This document shows positions 48,778 through 61,309 of a DNA stretch of 64,000 nucleotides, one piece after another. The translations under genes were made by a program, and so were the position numbers. The first letter of the stretch is position 1, and each line of letters starts with the position of its first letter. The notes below the pieces were generated by a model. That model ran no database searches and was not told the origin of the DNA. It was given only the letters and a program-made list of their open reading frames with translations. Source of the DNA: Epiperipatus broadwayi (Eukaryota > Animalia > Onychophora); contig JAQFVV010000006.1 in NCBI GenBank assembly GCA_028023455.1, positions 7,998,001-8,062,000 of the forward strand. The letters are read 5' to 3'.

Positions 48778-50579
48778 AGAACGGGTTTTTAGTCCATTAT
48801 TCATCAAATTAAATAAAAGCATTTTTTATCAAATATTATATATATATTATTTTTTAGTATTCAGATATTTTGAGTTCATATTCAAATTTGAAGACTGAGA
48901 ATCTAAATAAAATTGACATATTTCCAGTATTTGAAAAGAAATCCACATGTATTAAAAAATGTTGATTTCCACATCTATGATAGCAATATTTTTATACAGG
49001 CGACTTTTAGTTCAACAATCAAGAGAAATTAAGAATTTAATTTTCATTTCATTTTCTTTATAAATTTAATGAAAGCATATTAATTTAAAAATATACAACC
49101 ATCTATTGCATATCATTGAAAACTTAATGAACCAATATCAATGGTAGTTTGATACTATTATGAAAGAGAATCACCTGAAAATTCCGAAACATTGTATTGA
49201 CATCAATAGCTAATATGTGCACAAAATTTGAAAAAATTTCATTTAATAGATGTTAAATATCAGTTATAAAATCCAAATAAATAAACAAATAAAAAGTATT
49301 TCCAAATTTAATAAAAAACATTTGAAAAGCAATAATATATATCTATGTATACATGTATGAAATAATTATTGTCGAAGTAAACTAATCTTCACACATGCAT
49401 TATAAAATAGACACAAACTCTCCCATCAATAAATGTTTTAGAAACATAGGTGGTCCATCTATACTTAAAGCTTATTCTTTAGATAAACTAACATTTTTGA
49501 CAGGACTTGAATTTAGGTTATGATCTTACTGCAAACCTGATTTTTAAATCACTATATTACTTGCACAAGTTCAGATTATATACCATAGGGCAGAGAAGGT
49601 TTCAAATTCTCATGCATGTCAATTTTATAGTGCATATGTGAAAAGGAGTTTCCATCCACAATATTTCATATGTGTATAAATAAGGATGTCATCAATTACT
49701 ACACACATTCCAACTAATAAGGTTCAGTGTCGCAGGTAGTTAAAAATGAGAAATGTTTTCTGCCCTGTGATTTATGCAAATAACATGCTGATAATCTGGC
49801 TCACAATAAGATCAATCCCTTATTCAAACCTGGTCAAAAATACTTTATTTAAAAAATACTAAGCATAGATTGAACCCCCCTGATTTTTAAAACATTTAAA
49901 TATGTCTATTTACAACACGTGAGGAGAATAGTTTCTGTTCACAATATTTCCTACAGTTTCAAATTTGATTCTTATATTAGTACAACTGTCGCCTTAGCTC
50001 ATATATATTGATAGCATATAGTATGATCTCAAAAATTATCACCACGTGTGATGGGAAACTTAATAGTACCCTGATCTTTCAGAGAGTATAGAGAATTATA
50101 GTTAATTATGCTTTCAAGAAAGAATTCTACTTTAAATGATCAAATTACATTGTTAAAATCTGTCCATAATGTTGCCTTCTATATATAAAATTAAAAATAA
50201 TCAATTTAAAACAGCCTTCTATATATAAAATTAAAAATAATCAATTTAAAACAAAATTGAAATAAACAACTCACAATAAATAAAAATATTATTTAATACA
50301 TCAATCTAGCTTTCTTTCCTTGATGGAAGCTTTTCAAAATGTTTCTTTTTAAACAATCACATGACCAACTGCCCTATAGCAGCCCCCCCCCCCCGACATT
50401 ATTTACATTACATAATAATAAATATAATTATAAAAATACATGCATCAAATACGGTTAGAGTAAAATACATATATTTACATAAAAATGATTAAATTTTATT
50501 ACAGCCCCCCCCCCCCATAATATATATACAAATAATCTAAAAAAACCGACTAATAATAAATCCTTCCTTCTATTTTTAA

Positions 50580-51010
50580 ATTATAACTAAAGTTCCCATT
50601 TCCCCCCTAATCGGGCTGCTCCTTTAACCATGTTTACACATTTGTTTAAATTTTTTTGAATATATACCTGATTATTTTTCTCACAATTCATTTTAGGTCT
50701 AGTATCCAAAAAATGTATATATGGCCCTGATTCTATATTCTTTCTGTTGATTGTTCTATAATGCTCCTTACCTCTTTCCATGGCAGTCTTTTCCTGTCTT
50801 GTCTATATCTACTATATTCAAAGGTCACAACTAATTTTATAAACCAACCTTACCCTATTTTCAATATGATTCATCCTTTTTGAGTCACACGTCCATTTCC
50901 CTAAAGATTTACTATTTTCCCACCCTCTCTTAATATCATCAGGTAACTTTTCTTTTATCAATGTCTTTTATAAATTCATATCAACTAATTTTTTTTCAAT
51001 ATTATATAAT
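50580..51010 (-). mobile_element. PLE GIY-YIG endonuclease relic
   Basis: RLVYKISCDL*...KTAMERGKEHYRTINRKNIESGPYIHFLDTRPKMN (cf. VYKI.C..C..YIGQT...R..EH). Confidence 0.7.
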
Positions 51011-51049
51011 ACATAAACCATGTATACTAAGAAAATTTTGTTTAATATT

Positions 51050-52250
51050 TTAACATAAAAAATGTAAAATATATCAACACAATATGCTGAGCATGGTTTT
51101 GACTAACTGACAGGCGTGCTATCAGCTAACTGATGGTCATATTCATAGCTATAGTTATCCAAGAGGATTACAAGATTTATAGAAGAATAACAAAAATGGT
51201 GATTTACATAAAAATTTAATTATAAGATATGCATGATTCTTTTGTTGATTGCATGTATACTGTTGGCAAAGTAACAGGCCTCTAACTTTGCATTAAGCAT
51301 TGTTTCTTTCATAGTAGTAGACAATCCTTGTGGATATAGGTTCAAAGCTGGAACCATGTTTAGATTCAGGTTTGAGGAAAAGAGACTTAATATCTGTATT
51401 AGCCTTAGCTTGATTGTATTGATATTTGTGCTGCATGATTCTAATAATGAGATTAGCACAAGAGTCTCCAAAACAAATTGTGTTGCAGTTTGCGTTATTG
51501 CATATAATTTTATATACAACTTGGGAAACCTGCTCTGGAGGCAGCTTGCCTTGCGTATTGTTAATCAGGTGATTCGGGGTTGGAGGATGCAATGTTTCAG
51601 CACATATTTTCTTACTTATCCTATAGTTAGACTGGTATGTGTTGAAGTGATATCCAGGGTTTTTCATCAGCAAGCAATTATCCTGTATTCCATACCAAAG
51701 TGTCTCATTTAAATACAGTCATTTACATTATGCAACACATCTAGATCTATAATAAGGCAAAAGCAAACAATGAAACCTGTTCAATATTTGCCAAACACTT
51801 CTCCTCAATTGAACATGTCTTTGTTCCATCCTCTGCCAACATCATCTACATGGAACACGATGACGCTAAATGAAAGATTAAGTGCGACACATTTCTAAAA
51901 ACAAATACACCATTATATTACAAGAAAGAATCCTGCATTCCCCTGTCTAAGAAATGGCCTATCCAATCTATATAATGCTATATGTAAATCATATGTAAAT
52001 TAGCACTAAGAATATATATACAAATTCATTCCTCACTACAACTATTGCTATGTCTATGACTCGTAACATTCGGAACCTAACTAAGCAAAGTAAGACAAAC
52101 TACGCATTAAAGCTTTACCATATAAGTCCTGTGTATATTTATTGTTTTTACAATAAAATTGTTATGTAACCCATCGCTTTTGTGATTCTTCTATAAATCT
52201 CACAATCCTCTTAGATAACTATAGATGTGAATATGACTACCAGTTAGTTG
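51050..52250 (-). mobile_element. Decayed PLE (RT relic, GIY-YIG, 3' HHR-like motif)
   Basis: ORF 51293..51673: QVVYKIICNNANCNTICFGDSCANLIIRIMQHK. Weaker upstream RT traces (YRRITKAMG, HFLD). HHR-like motif at the 3' end. Confidence 0.75.
51086..51149 (-). ncRNA. HHR-like motif with A3:U8 core at a PLE 3' end
   Basis: GCU-AUGAAUA-U-GAC-[31-nt insert]-GUC-AAAA-CCAUGC-UC-AGC; G12 mutated to A. Confidence 0.5.
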
Positions 52251-52809
52251 AAAGCACTTTCAGTGTACTATGTTGACATATTTTACATTTTTTATTTTAA
52301 AGTATTAAACAAGCTTTTCTTAGTATAAATGTTGAATGTATAATTTATATTGAATTACATTTTTTCAGAGAAAAGTTTAAAAACATTGAAATTATAGAAT
52401 ACTTTTTCCCTAAATTAATTTTTAAAAAATGGAAAGTAAATTTCAATACACATGCACACACACAAAACTAGTTTATTTGTTGACAAGTGTAGATTGTGAA
52501 TATTTGAATTATCATGGTAGAGTCCAAAGGCCAAAATCTACAAATCACAGTATCAGCTTTATCCCTGTCACTGCTCGAACTTCTAATAAATTCTATTTTT
52601 TATTTTAATCGCAGTATAGAGTGCAAAATCCTCACATTAAAAACAATCAAATTTGTGGTCTCCATTTTTAAAGAGTTTACTAAATTTTCAACAATATTTC
52701 ACAGAGGAATAGTAAAAAAAAAAGAATCTCTCAGTAGACTCATTAATTGCTATGGTCTATGTGGTTTTACCCTTCATTTAAAAATAATCATATATTTTAC
52801 ACTTCTAAA

Positions 52810-53640
52810 ACTGTAGCAAACTCTCCATACAGTAGTGCCACCCAATTCAAATCATAGCAATCAATGAATGCTAAAAGGTTTGTATATAAAATCCCAATTT
52901 AGTACCTACTCCTCCAAATATCCCAGAATTAGTTTCTAGAATTGTCGCTCATCAGTGAGGAGCCTTGGATTTGTGAGCACTGCACTAGATCTTTGGAACT
53001 AATGCGACTCTCCAATAACCACTTTTTTAGTTAACTATAAAGCTCTCAAATCCAAAGCTCCACACTGATGAAGGCCACAAGCTGGAAACTAGTCTGGTGA
53101 TATTGAAGGAGTAGGCACTAGATATACGAATTTTATGCACAAACCTTCTAGCATCTATTAATTGCTATGGCTTGGCAGGGGTGACTCTAATATGAACAGT
53201 TCGCTACTGCTTTAATAGTTGATATAACCACAAGAAATAGTGATCATGTGACATTTTAGTGATTTAAAACAAATCCTGCCTATAGGATTATGGTGACTAT
53301 AGTTATTAAAAAATCAAAGTCACTAAAATGTATAAGTCTTGAACTGGGTTCAGATTTGTATGACTATACCAGCAAATTAGCCTGGATTGGAAACATTATT
53401 GTATTTTCATTTTAGGCTCATAGTTTTATAGTTAACTAAATGAGGTAAAAGGTGGGTGCAGGCAGGTTGCCTTAGATACAAAGATCTAAATGCAGTGCTC
53501 TCAGGTTCAAGACTCCTGACCAATAAAACCCACAACTAGAAACTAATCTGACGATATTGAAAGAGTAGGCATTCATCCATTGATTGTTATGGCTTGCTGG
53601 GAGGTGGGGGGTACTACTGTATGGAGAATTTGCTGCTGTT
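52810..53640. mobile_element. Family B locus: inverted arm plus a head-to-tail multimer
   Basis: Minus arm ~52810-52990. Plus-strand HHR at 53061-53098 and a second, decayed HHR ending aactaatc at 53548; period 454 nt. Confidence 0.85.
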
Positions 53641-54029
53641 TCAATAACCATACATCCATTTTCTAATCCATATTATATAGTTAACTAGGTCAGTTATGAG
53701 CAATCTTCCTGAACAAAAATTCTAAGCTGGTGAGAACCTGTAACAAAATATATGTCTGAGTTTTAGTAAGTTCAAATTCAAACTCATCGTAATCCATGTC
53801 ATTTAAAACTTTTACAAATACTAATCCAATGCACTTTGTTACTAATCAAGTTATACAATCAGCATTAAATATTTTATTATTCATGAATTATTACAACTCT
53901 GATACAAAATTTCTTCTTTTAGTTATCTTAAGTACGTACTGTTTCATAACTAATAAAGTTTTTGTCATAGAATATTATTATATTACACAAACTTGCATTT
54001 AGGTTCAGAATGACAAATAAAATTCAATC

Positions 54030-54053
54030 TTTAAATATATATATATATATAAT

Positions 54054-54091
<38 letters not shown>
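54030..54091. repeat. Interrupted (TA)n microsatellite
   Basis: Two TA runs. Confidence 0.9.
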
Positions 54092-54093
<2 letters not shown>

Positions 54094-55404
54094 CAAAGAT
54101 GTGAATTACACTCTATTTCAATTATAAGGTATCCAAGAAAAAAAAGAAAATAAAAATAAAAAAAAAGTATAAAGAAACAAGGAAAAACATTAAAACTCAT
54201 AACTTTAATACACTTCACAAAATGCCGAAAATCATTTTTCAATCTCAGGCTGCTGTATATGATTACATTTTTAAAAAAATCAAAATTTGTAAATTTAATT
54301 CTACAATTATTTACTTATTTTCTTCTATTAAATTGTAATTCTATCATAAGCATTTTACCTGCTCATAAAGAAACTATTATTTTGTTTTAAACTTTCAATA
54401 TACAGAAAAGCATGCTTTCGGCCTAGTCAGTCAAATTCATAGTGCTCAAACTCAGTAGTCCAAAATTCATGAATTTACAGCAGGCTTTATGCAAATTTAT
54501 AAAATTATATGTTCCACTTTTTGGACAAAGCAACACAAGGGTTTTCTTTTGTTAATCGTATGGGAGTCATTCACGCTGAAACACATCTCTTTGACCTTCC
54601 TCTTTCGATCATCACATTCCGCATACGCTATGTTAAGGTATCGATAAAATGAATACATTTTACAATATGGTAGTAGCTGCTTTTCTGTCTTGAAGCATTT
54701 AGTATGATCATATTTATTTAATAAGATTTCTTTGGTTTATATTAAAAGTTTATATCCTTTCAAATTTTAAACATAATGCTAAAACTTTTACGAAACTTAA
54801 GAATATACTTAAGTTGATACAGAACTAGAAACATCAAAACAAATAGAGACAGCATAGTCTGCTATATTGAAAAAAGTTATTAAAAAGAAATATATTTGTG
54901 ATAAAAGTCGGCATTTCACTATTAATTTTATTTAAAAAATAAAAATACATACAACATTGTTTTTCTTATTTTTATTATTTGAGTGAATGTGAATGAGTGA
55001 ACCTACACTAAGTAAAATATATGAAAATGTGCTCCTTCAATTTATTACTCATAGGTATATTATTATTTTTTAAATTTTATTTATACTATCTTCTTAATTT
55101 ATAAATGCATACCATACATACAAAAAAAGTGTCATATATGTGTGTGTGTGTTGAAAAGTTAATGTATATTTGTAGTTCAATAAACCATACATATTCTACT
55201 GTAATCAAAGTGTATCAACAAAATAACTGCTATTATCCATGGTGTATGATATACGCAAAGAGAATTGGGAAAAAACATAGTGGATATCATGGTTTCACTG
55301 TATATATAAAGTAGCTGTCCACATTTGCAGATCTATGGTTTCTGTAACCAGCAGTTTAATTAAAAAGATATTTAGTGAAAAATGTATTGCTGAATTGAAA
55401 TTTA

Positions 55405-55975
55405 ATATAAAGGGTATATGAGCACAGACTTTCACACCACCCACCACTCTATCTCATAACACTGATACACTTGAACACATATATTGAAAAGATAAATAAT
55501 CACCAATATACATATTTCATGCTAAACCAGCAATCATCAATTGGTCCAGATTACCATCTCTACACATATATGCTTAAGTGCTCAGATATATATTAAGATA
55601 TATATTAATCTCGGCCTCAGGGTGGCCTTTGAGGGTTCCATCATCAGATTTTCAATTGGATGGACAGTTGAAGAGTTGGAGTGTAGAGTAGATTGAAGCC
55701 TGTTCATTAAAGTATGAAGATTGACTATCTTAATATATATCTGAGCACTTATAGCATATATGTGTAGAGATGGTAATCTGGACCAACTGATGATTACTGG
55801 TTTAGCATAAAATACGTATGTTGGTGATTATTTATCTTTTCAACATATATGTGTTCAAGTGTATCAGTGTTATGAGATAAGAGTGGATAGCGGTGGGTGG
55901 CGTGAAAGTCTGTGCTCATATACCCTATTTATTACATATATAGACACAGGTATATAATAAGCCTGTGTTTCAGTT
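55405..55975. mobile_element. Family C head-to-head pair
   Basis: Minus arm ~55405-55605, plus arm 55608-55975; HHRs at ~55500-55545 (-) and ~55783-55826 (+). Confidence 0.9.
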
Positions 55976-56799
55976 AATAAATTGAAATTTGTAAACTTCA
56001 TGCATGCACCTGTCTACTTGCCATGAATTATCATTTAGTCATTTGCTTATCGGGCACATTTAGTGTGAACTCAGTAGTCGATCTCATGCAGTTAGACTCT
56101 TTCTTACTTTATAAGTAGTATACTCTTTCCATAGCAGCACTATTTCATTTTTGTTTTATTAATTTTGTAATTATCTTAATTGAGTCCCATTTTAAAACTT
56201 ATTATCCACAGATTTGGATATCCATAAAAAGGCCTGGAATGATATGCAATGGGTATGATACATCTGCACACACACACACACACACACAATTACAATTATA
56301 TAAGTACTGACAACTGCAGGAAATTTAATAACCTAATCTTGAAAGAGAAATTTTAAAAAAAATGCAATTTTGAAAATTAATTATGCAAGCAATCGCATCA
56401 AGATTTTTAAATACTCTCTTCTTTTAACTGTTTATAAAATAAAAAGGTTACCATGTCAAGTTTATTATTATTTGCATTTAGAAGCTTGTAAAATTAAATT
56501 TTCCATTTTACTACAAAAAGGAGTGCTTTCAGAAATACTATATTTCTTTAAACTGTGAGCTATTTTATAAATGAGATTGATTTAGCAGGAGGGGATGGCA
56601 AGCTTTTGGAATTTCTGATTAGATTATTGCAATAAACAATTCCTTTTTGCTCTTTAAGATGATTAAAATTCTTCCAGCATTTAAAATAATTCCGTTTCTC
56701 AAAAGTAAATAACTAAATTTAATTATCAATCAGAGATCAAGCGTATGATCATAAATAGTATAATATTTATAACTATCCATCAATTAATACATATATTAG

Positions 56800-57360
56800 A
56801 TGTGTTGTTTATATTTGCAATTATTTGTTGGACTATTTTCATCATCTAACATTAAATATTGAATGACTTTAGACATTTTTTTTAAAACTTTATTAAAAAT
56901 TTTCAATTACATTAGTAATAGCACACATGTTAGTATATAACACAAAGTTTCGAGTGATATTTTTCTCCTTTCTTCTCGGGGTGTTGCTGGCCTGACCAAC
57001 GATATTAGTAGAAACCTGGACCTTTTAGATCCTTCAATATTGAATTTGAAAGTAATGCTCTAACCAAATGAATTAATCTGCCAAAGGTTAGATCATTACC
57101 TTAAAAATGTAATATTCAAAAGGTCCAGGTTCGATTCCCATACTAGTACTGTAACGGGTCAGGTCAGTAATACCCGAAGAAGAGAAAAAAATACTACTAC
57201 TCGAAATGTAGTATTTTATATTAACTTGGGTGCTATTAATAACAGTTAAATGTAATTGGAAAGTTTAAATAAAGTTTAAAAAAAAATTCTAAAGACATTC
57301 AATATTTAATATTAGCTGTTGGAAATAGTGCAACATATAATTGTAACTAAAATGTCATCA
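56800..57360. mobile_element. Family E (tRNA-like head + HHR-like motif + tail) head-to-head pair
   Basis: B-box GGTTCGATTCC at 57128-57138, then CCGAAGA (57174)...CUCGAAA (to 57206); mirror arm ~56800-57065; tails match 21215-21555. Confidence 0.75.
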
Positions 57361-57494
57361 TCAGAAATCTTCAGGATAACCCATATTGTTGTTATGGTTA
57401 TAATACAATAATATTGACATCTATAGAATATTTAAGAATCAATAAAATTGCTTATATCAACAATTGTAAAAGCATAAAATCTAATCTCTATTTA

Positions 57495-57745
57495 ATTATC
57501 ATCATCAACCATTATGAATCCACTGCAGGATGAAGATCTCTCCAAGCTCAATCCATCTTCTCTGATCTTTAGCTTCTCTGTTCATCATCCCTAAACCCTT
57601 TCTTATCCCATCCATCCATCTCACATGTGGTCTCTTTCTGGGTCTTTTACAATCTCTTGGAATCCAGTTTAAGATTTCAATTCTCCATCTATTATCATCT
57701 CTTCTGGAAATATATTCAGCCCAACTCCATTTCAGTCTTTTATTT
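57495..57745 (-). mobile_element. RTE LINE 3' end
   Basis: Reverse complement of the 16.0/19.2 kb RTE tail, including gatgatgat. Confidence 0.85.
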
Positions 57746-58414
57746 TTTTCTATTTAGTACTTTTAATTAAATTTTTGTTTTAAAGTAAGATGCTAATCAA
57801 TACATATTGAAAATTTCCTGTTGAATGCACAGTATAAAAATCACGAATATGATAAACCATTTGTAAATAACATGCCTCCTAATCAACACATCAAATTTTT
57901 GAATACTTTTCAAAAAGTAAATTCAACTGTAGTAGGAAAAAAAAAAACAGTAAATAATATATTGTGAGCTTATAGTCATTGCAAAATTTATCCATACCTT
58001 TTAATTCTTTGTCTTCTATTTTTGTTCTTTTACTTCTACAAGTATAGAGCAATACATTTTTATGAAGTGGCAGTTAAAGATGATGATGATATATAAATAT
58101 TCTATATGTATTACATTATGTTCTAAGAACCCTAGTGGATGGTGTAAAAATTTACTGTATACTGTATTGCCCTATATATCTATGGTACTTATCAATATGT
58201 ACACATATATAACAGATGACTAAATTATGAACTTAATTAAAAAAATTACAGTACATAAACAAATTAAGATTGTAATGATAATGGAAAACATTAAAAAAAA
58301 AATTAGAGTGATGCAGAGATCACATATCTTTATATTTATATATGTACTAGTATTTACCAATGGGCCGGCCAGATCTACAATCAGGAGATTCTCAGCAGCT
58401 TCCAGCAATAACTT

Positions 58415-58800
58415 AAACACTTAACAGAAGAGCAATACATAGACTTCAGACTACTCAGTGAAGCATAGAGAAATACATGTTAAAAGTAACATGAAAATGA
58501 TATACATGTGTGAGAGAACAAATAGGTTTTACTGACATCACTGAAAGAATTAAAAAGACTGAAGTGGAGTTGAACTGGACATATCGCTAGAAGAGATAAC
58601 AAATGAACAATTGAAATTTTAAACTGGATTCCAAAAAATTTAAAAGACCTAGAAAGAGACAACATGTGAGATAGATGGTAAAATAAACAGTGTGCTAGGG
58701 TCATGTGGAGAAGAGAGAATAGAGATCAGAGATGGATTAAACTTGGAGAGACTTTCATCTTGCAATGTAATGTAATGATTGATGAGGATGATGATGATGT
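58415..58800 (+). mobile_element. RTE LINE 3' end with (GAT)n tail
   Basis: ERIKRLKWS*TGHIARRD..., gaacttggagagactttcatc, ends gatgatgatgat. Confidence 0.85.
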
Positions 58801-59006
58801 ACTATTGTGTCTATATATATTAATATAATCCCACTTCTTAAAACAATTTTTAAATATTTGTTGCATTTTTTTAATTGCTATATAAAAATTCTCTCTTTCT
58901 CTCTCTCATTTCATTATTTCACAAGTAAACTATTAATTTCTTTTAAACAACCAACTTCAAAATACAATTTTGCTTTTCATTGTAAATAAATTAATAATTA
59001 TTTTAT

Positions 59007-59255
59007 CACATGATCACCATCTCTTATACTAGCGCATAATTGTTTATAAACAAGGCAAAACTCTCCATACAGTAGTGCCATCCTGTGCCAACCAGAGTAA
59101 TCAATGGATGCCACAAGCCAGAAACTAGTCTGGGGATATTGGATGAGTAAGCACTAGATGGGGATTTTATGCACAAGCCTTCTGGCATCCATTGATTACT
59201 CTGTTTGGCACAGGGTGGCACTACTGTATGGAGAGTTTTGCCTTGTTTATAATTA
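59007..59255. mobile_element. Young family B palindrome
   Basis: ~67-bp arms (~59046-59112 and ~59184-59250) with 2 mismatches; the loop holds the HHR 3' half gccacaagccagaaactagtctgggg. Confidence 0.9.
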
Positions 59256-60932
59256 TTTTATCACTTATCGGATGCATTTCATACTTATTACAATTGCTAT
59301 AATCCCTAGCTTTGTGTTTCTGAAATAATTTTATATAAAATTTTAGATTTTTGAAAATAAAAAAACAAAAATCACATTTAATGAATTCACTTATATTACT
59401 AAATAATATCACTAAATGAGTTCACATTACTCAATGTAAGTGCAAATTTTGAGCGTATAAAGCTTTGACAGAGACATTACAAAAAGAAAATATTGCTGCT
59501 GTATTGGAAAATAATATATATAATATTTAGATCTTTATAAATAATTTATTAATTTTAATGCCTTTATTTTTTGCTTATTTAATATTTTTTCCAGCATAGC
59601 ATATAAATGAAGCAACAGCGGATGTGATAATTCTAAAATAGATTATACAATTTGCTGGATTAAAGAAACGCCTTCAATGATACATCTCTTATCCCTTCAC
59701 TTTGATTCTTCCATGCTTTTTAAAGCATCCGTATGCACCAGAAAATGTTAACAAATATAAAATAATCACAAAACAATTTAAATACAAATAATTCCAACAA
59801 CCATTTTCTATTCTACAGAATTTAGGTAATAAATTGTTTTTCTCTTTACCAATAAAAATTGTAATTATGCATATGCAATTTTTTTGCATGCGTTAGTGAA
59901 GCTGTATAATGTTTAATATGCCTGCTTAGCGCTTTTGAGATTTAGTATTCCAATCTCATACTCATGGCTTTATGAATGAAGACTGTTGTAATTTATTGTA
60001 CACATATGCACAAATTCTACGGAAACTTGAAAAAACTCAATATAAATCTTTCCAATAAAAAAAGTGCCTTGAATTGCTTTATTTGCAAACATATTTAAAA
60101 GGAACAACTTGGCAATAGAGAAATTAAGTCAGTATTCCAAATATACTGATACTGTAATAAAAAATTGAAAAACCAAAAAAGAATTCAAACTGATTTTGCT
60201 AACATTCCAACAAAATATTTGTTAGAAACTTTAATGCAATTTGTTGCAGATTCTGAATGCTTTCAAAAGTATTCTTAATAACATCTTCTGTTTTAAATAT
60301 CAGTTATGTCAGGGCAGAGGAAAAATATAAAAAAGTTTTCATCAAAGCAAGTGTTGATGTGACAAAAAAAATTTAACTATTAAGAAATTAGCTTTATAAA
60401 TTTAGATATTTCTCTTAAGTTATTAGTGTTCACCTAACATTAGGAATGTGTTCAAACACAAATACTCCCTTGAAAAAAAATCGAGTGCATTTGAAAATAA
60501 ACATACAAACCTAATTCTTAATCTATTTTTTAAAAATATAATTACATAATATATTTCTATAATTATATCTTTCAATATTAAAATACAAAGTTTTAAAAAA
60601 AAATTATAAACCATTTTCATAATATATATATATATATTATTAAGAATGTAATAAATGTCTATATTATCAACTTAAATTGAACTATTAATAAATATTAACT
60701 ATAACTAAAACCAATTAAATGTTTATTTATATATTTTTAATCAAATTGCATTTTAAAAAAAAAATGAAGAAAGGAATCCAGCATGTCTGACAGGAAAAAA
60801 AAAATTCCGCTAAAAATAAAAAAAAATAAAGTCGTAAATTATCAATTTTGGGTTTCGTAATATTTTTGGTAAAAATTGTAATGAGATATTATTTTATATA
60901 GCACTATGTTTTTTATGTAATAGTAATATTAG

Positions 60933-61309
60933 CGATTAAGCCAATGCACATGCACTTTAAAGATAAATTATAAATGAATACTCAATTTTTCCAGACACGA
61001 GATATAGTATTTTAGAAAAAATGGAATGAATCCACCCATTCTTTCAACCCAAAGAGAATGACGGTTCGTAAATTGTAAAGATTTCGCAAGTGTCATTCGT
61101 TCAAACATAACAAATGTAATTTAAAGTGATCGTTTAACACCTTCATGCTCTTATTTCCACACACTTAAGATTTGCCCATACATAAACGTTTGGGTCGAAA
61201 AAATGGGTGGATTTATTCCATTCTTTCTAAAATACTATATCTCATGTCTGGAAAAATTGAGTATTCATTTATAATTTATCTTTAAACCGCATGTGCATTG
61301 GCTTAATCG
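60933..61309. repeat. Inverted repeat, 119-bp arms, 139-bp spacer
   Basis: cgattaagccaatgcacatgc...ttcaaccca / tgggtcgaaa...gcatgtgcattggcttaatcg. Confidence 0.9.

Noticed and set aside
50818-50820. In-frame TGA at the second Cys of the CxxC in a PLE endonuclease, as selenocysteine (seen in some Naiad PLEs)
   Set aside because: Adjacent TAG stops and frameshifts show general decay, TGT to TGA is a single change, the EN appears C-terminal, and no SECIS was recognised.
54420-54760. ~80-codon open minus-strand frame (…NKYDHTKCFKTEKQLLPYCKMYSFYRY…) as an exon
   Set aside because: No recognisable homology and weak splice signals.
59007-59255. Family B hairpins as classical MITEs with TIRs
   Set aside because: Arm length and endpoints differ between loci, no constant TSD is seen, and longer copies show the arm is internal to a 454-nt monomer.
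59580-59900. Hydrophobic ORF 59689..59889 and nearby short frames as exons of a membrane protein; likewise 36200-36270 and 63110-63182
   Set aside because: Hydrophobic translations are expected from AT-rich DNA, and no consistent exon chain or family motif was found.
1455-61309. All palindromes as amplification or assembly fold-back artefacts
   Set aside because: Most arm pairs differ by substitutions and indels, and one palindrome is shared by both copies of an old duplication. Only the near-perfect ones (7389-8403, 28123-28347) remain suspect.
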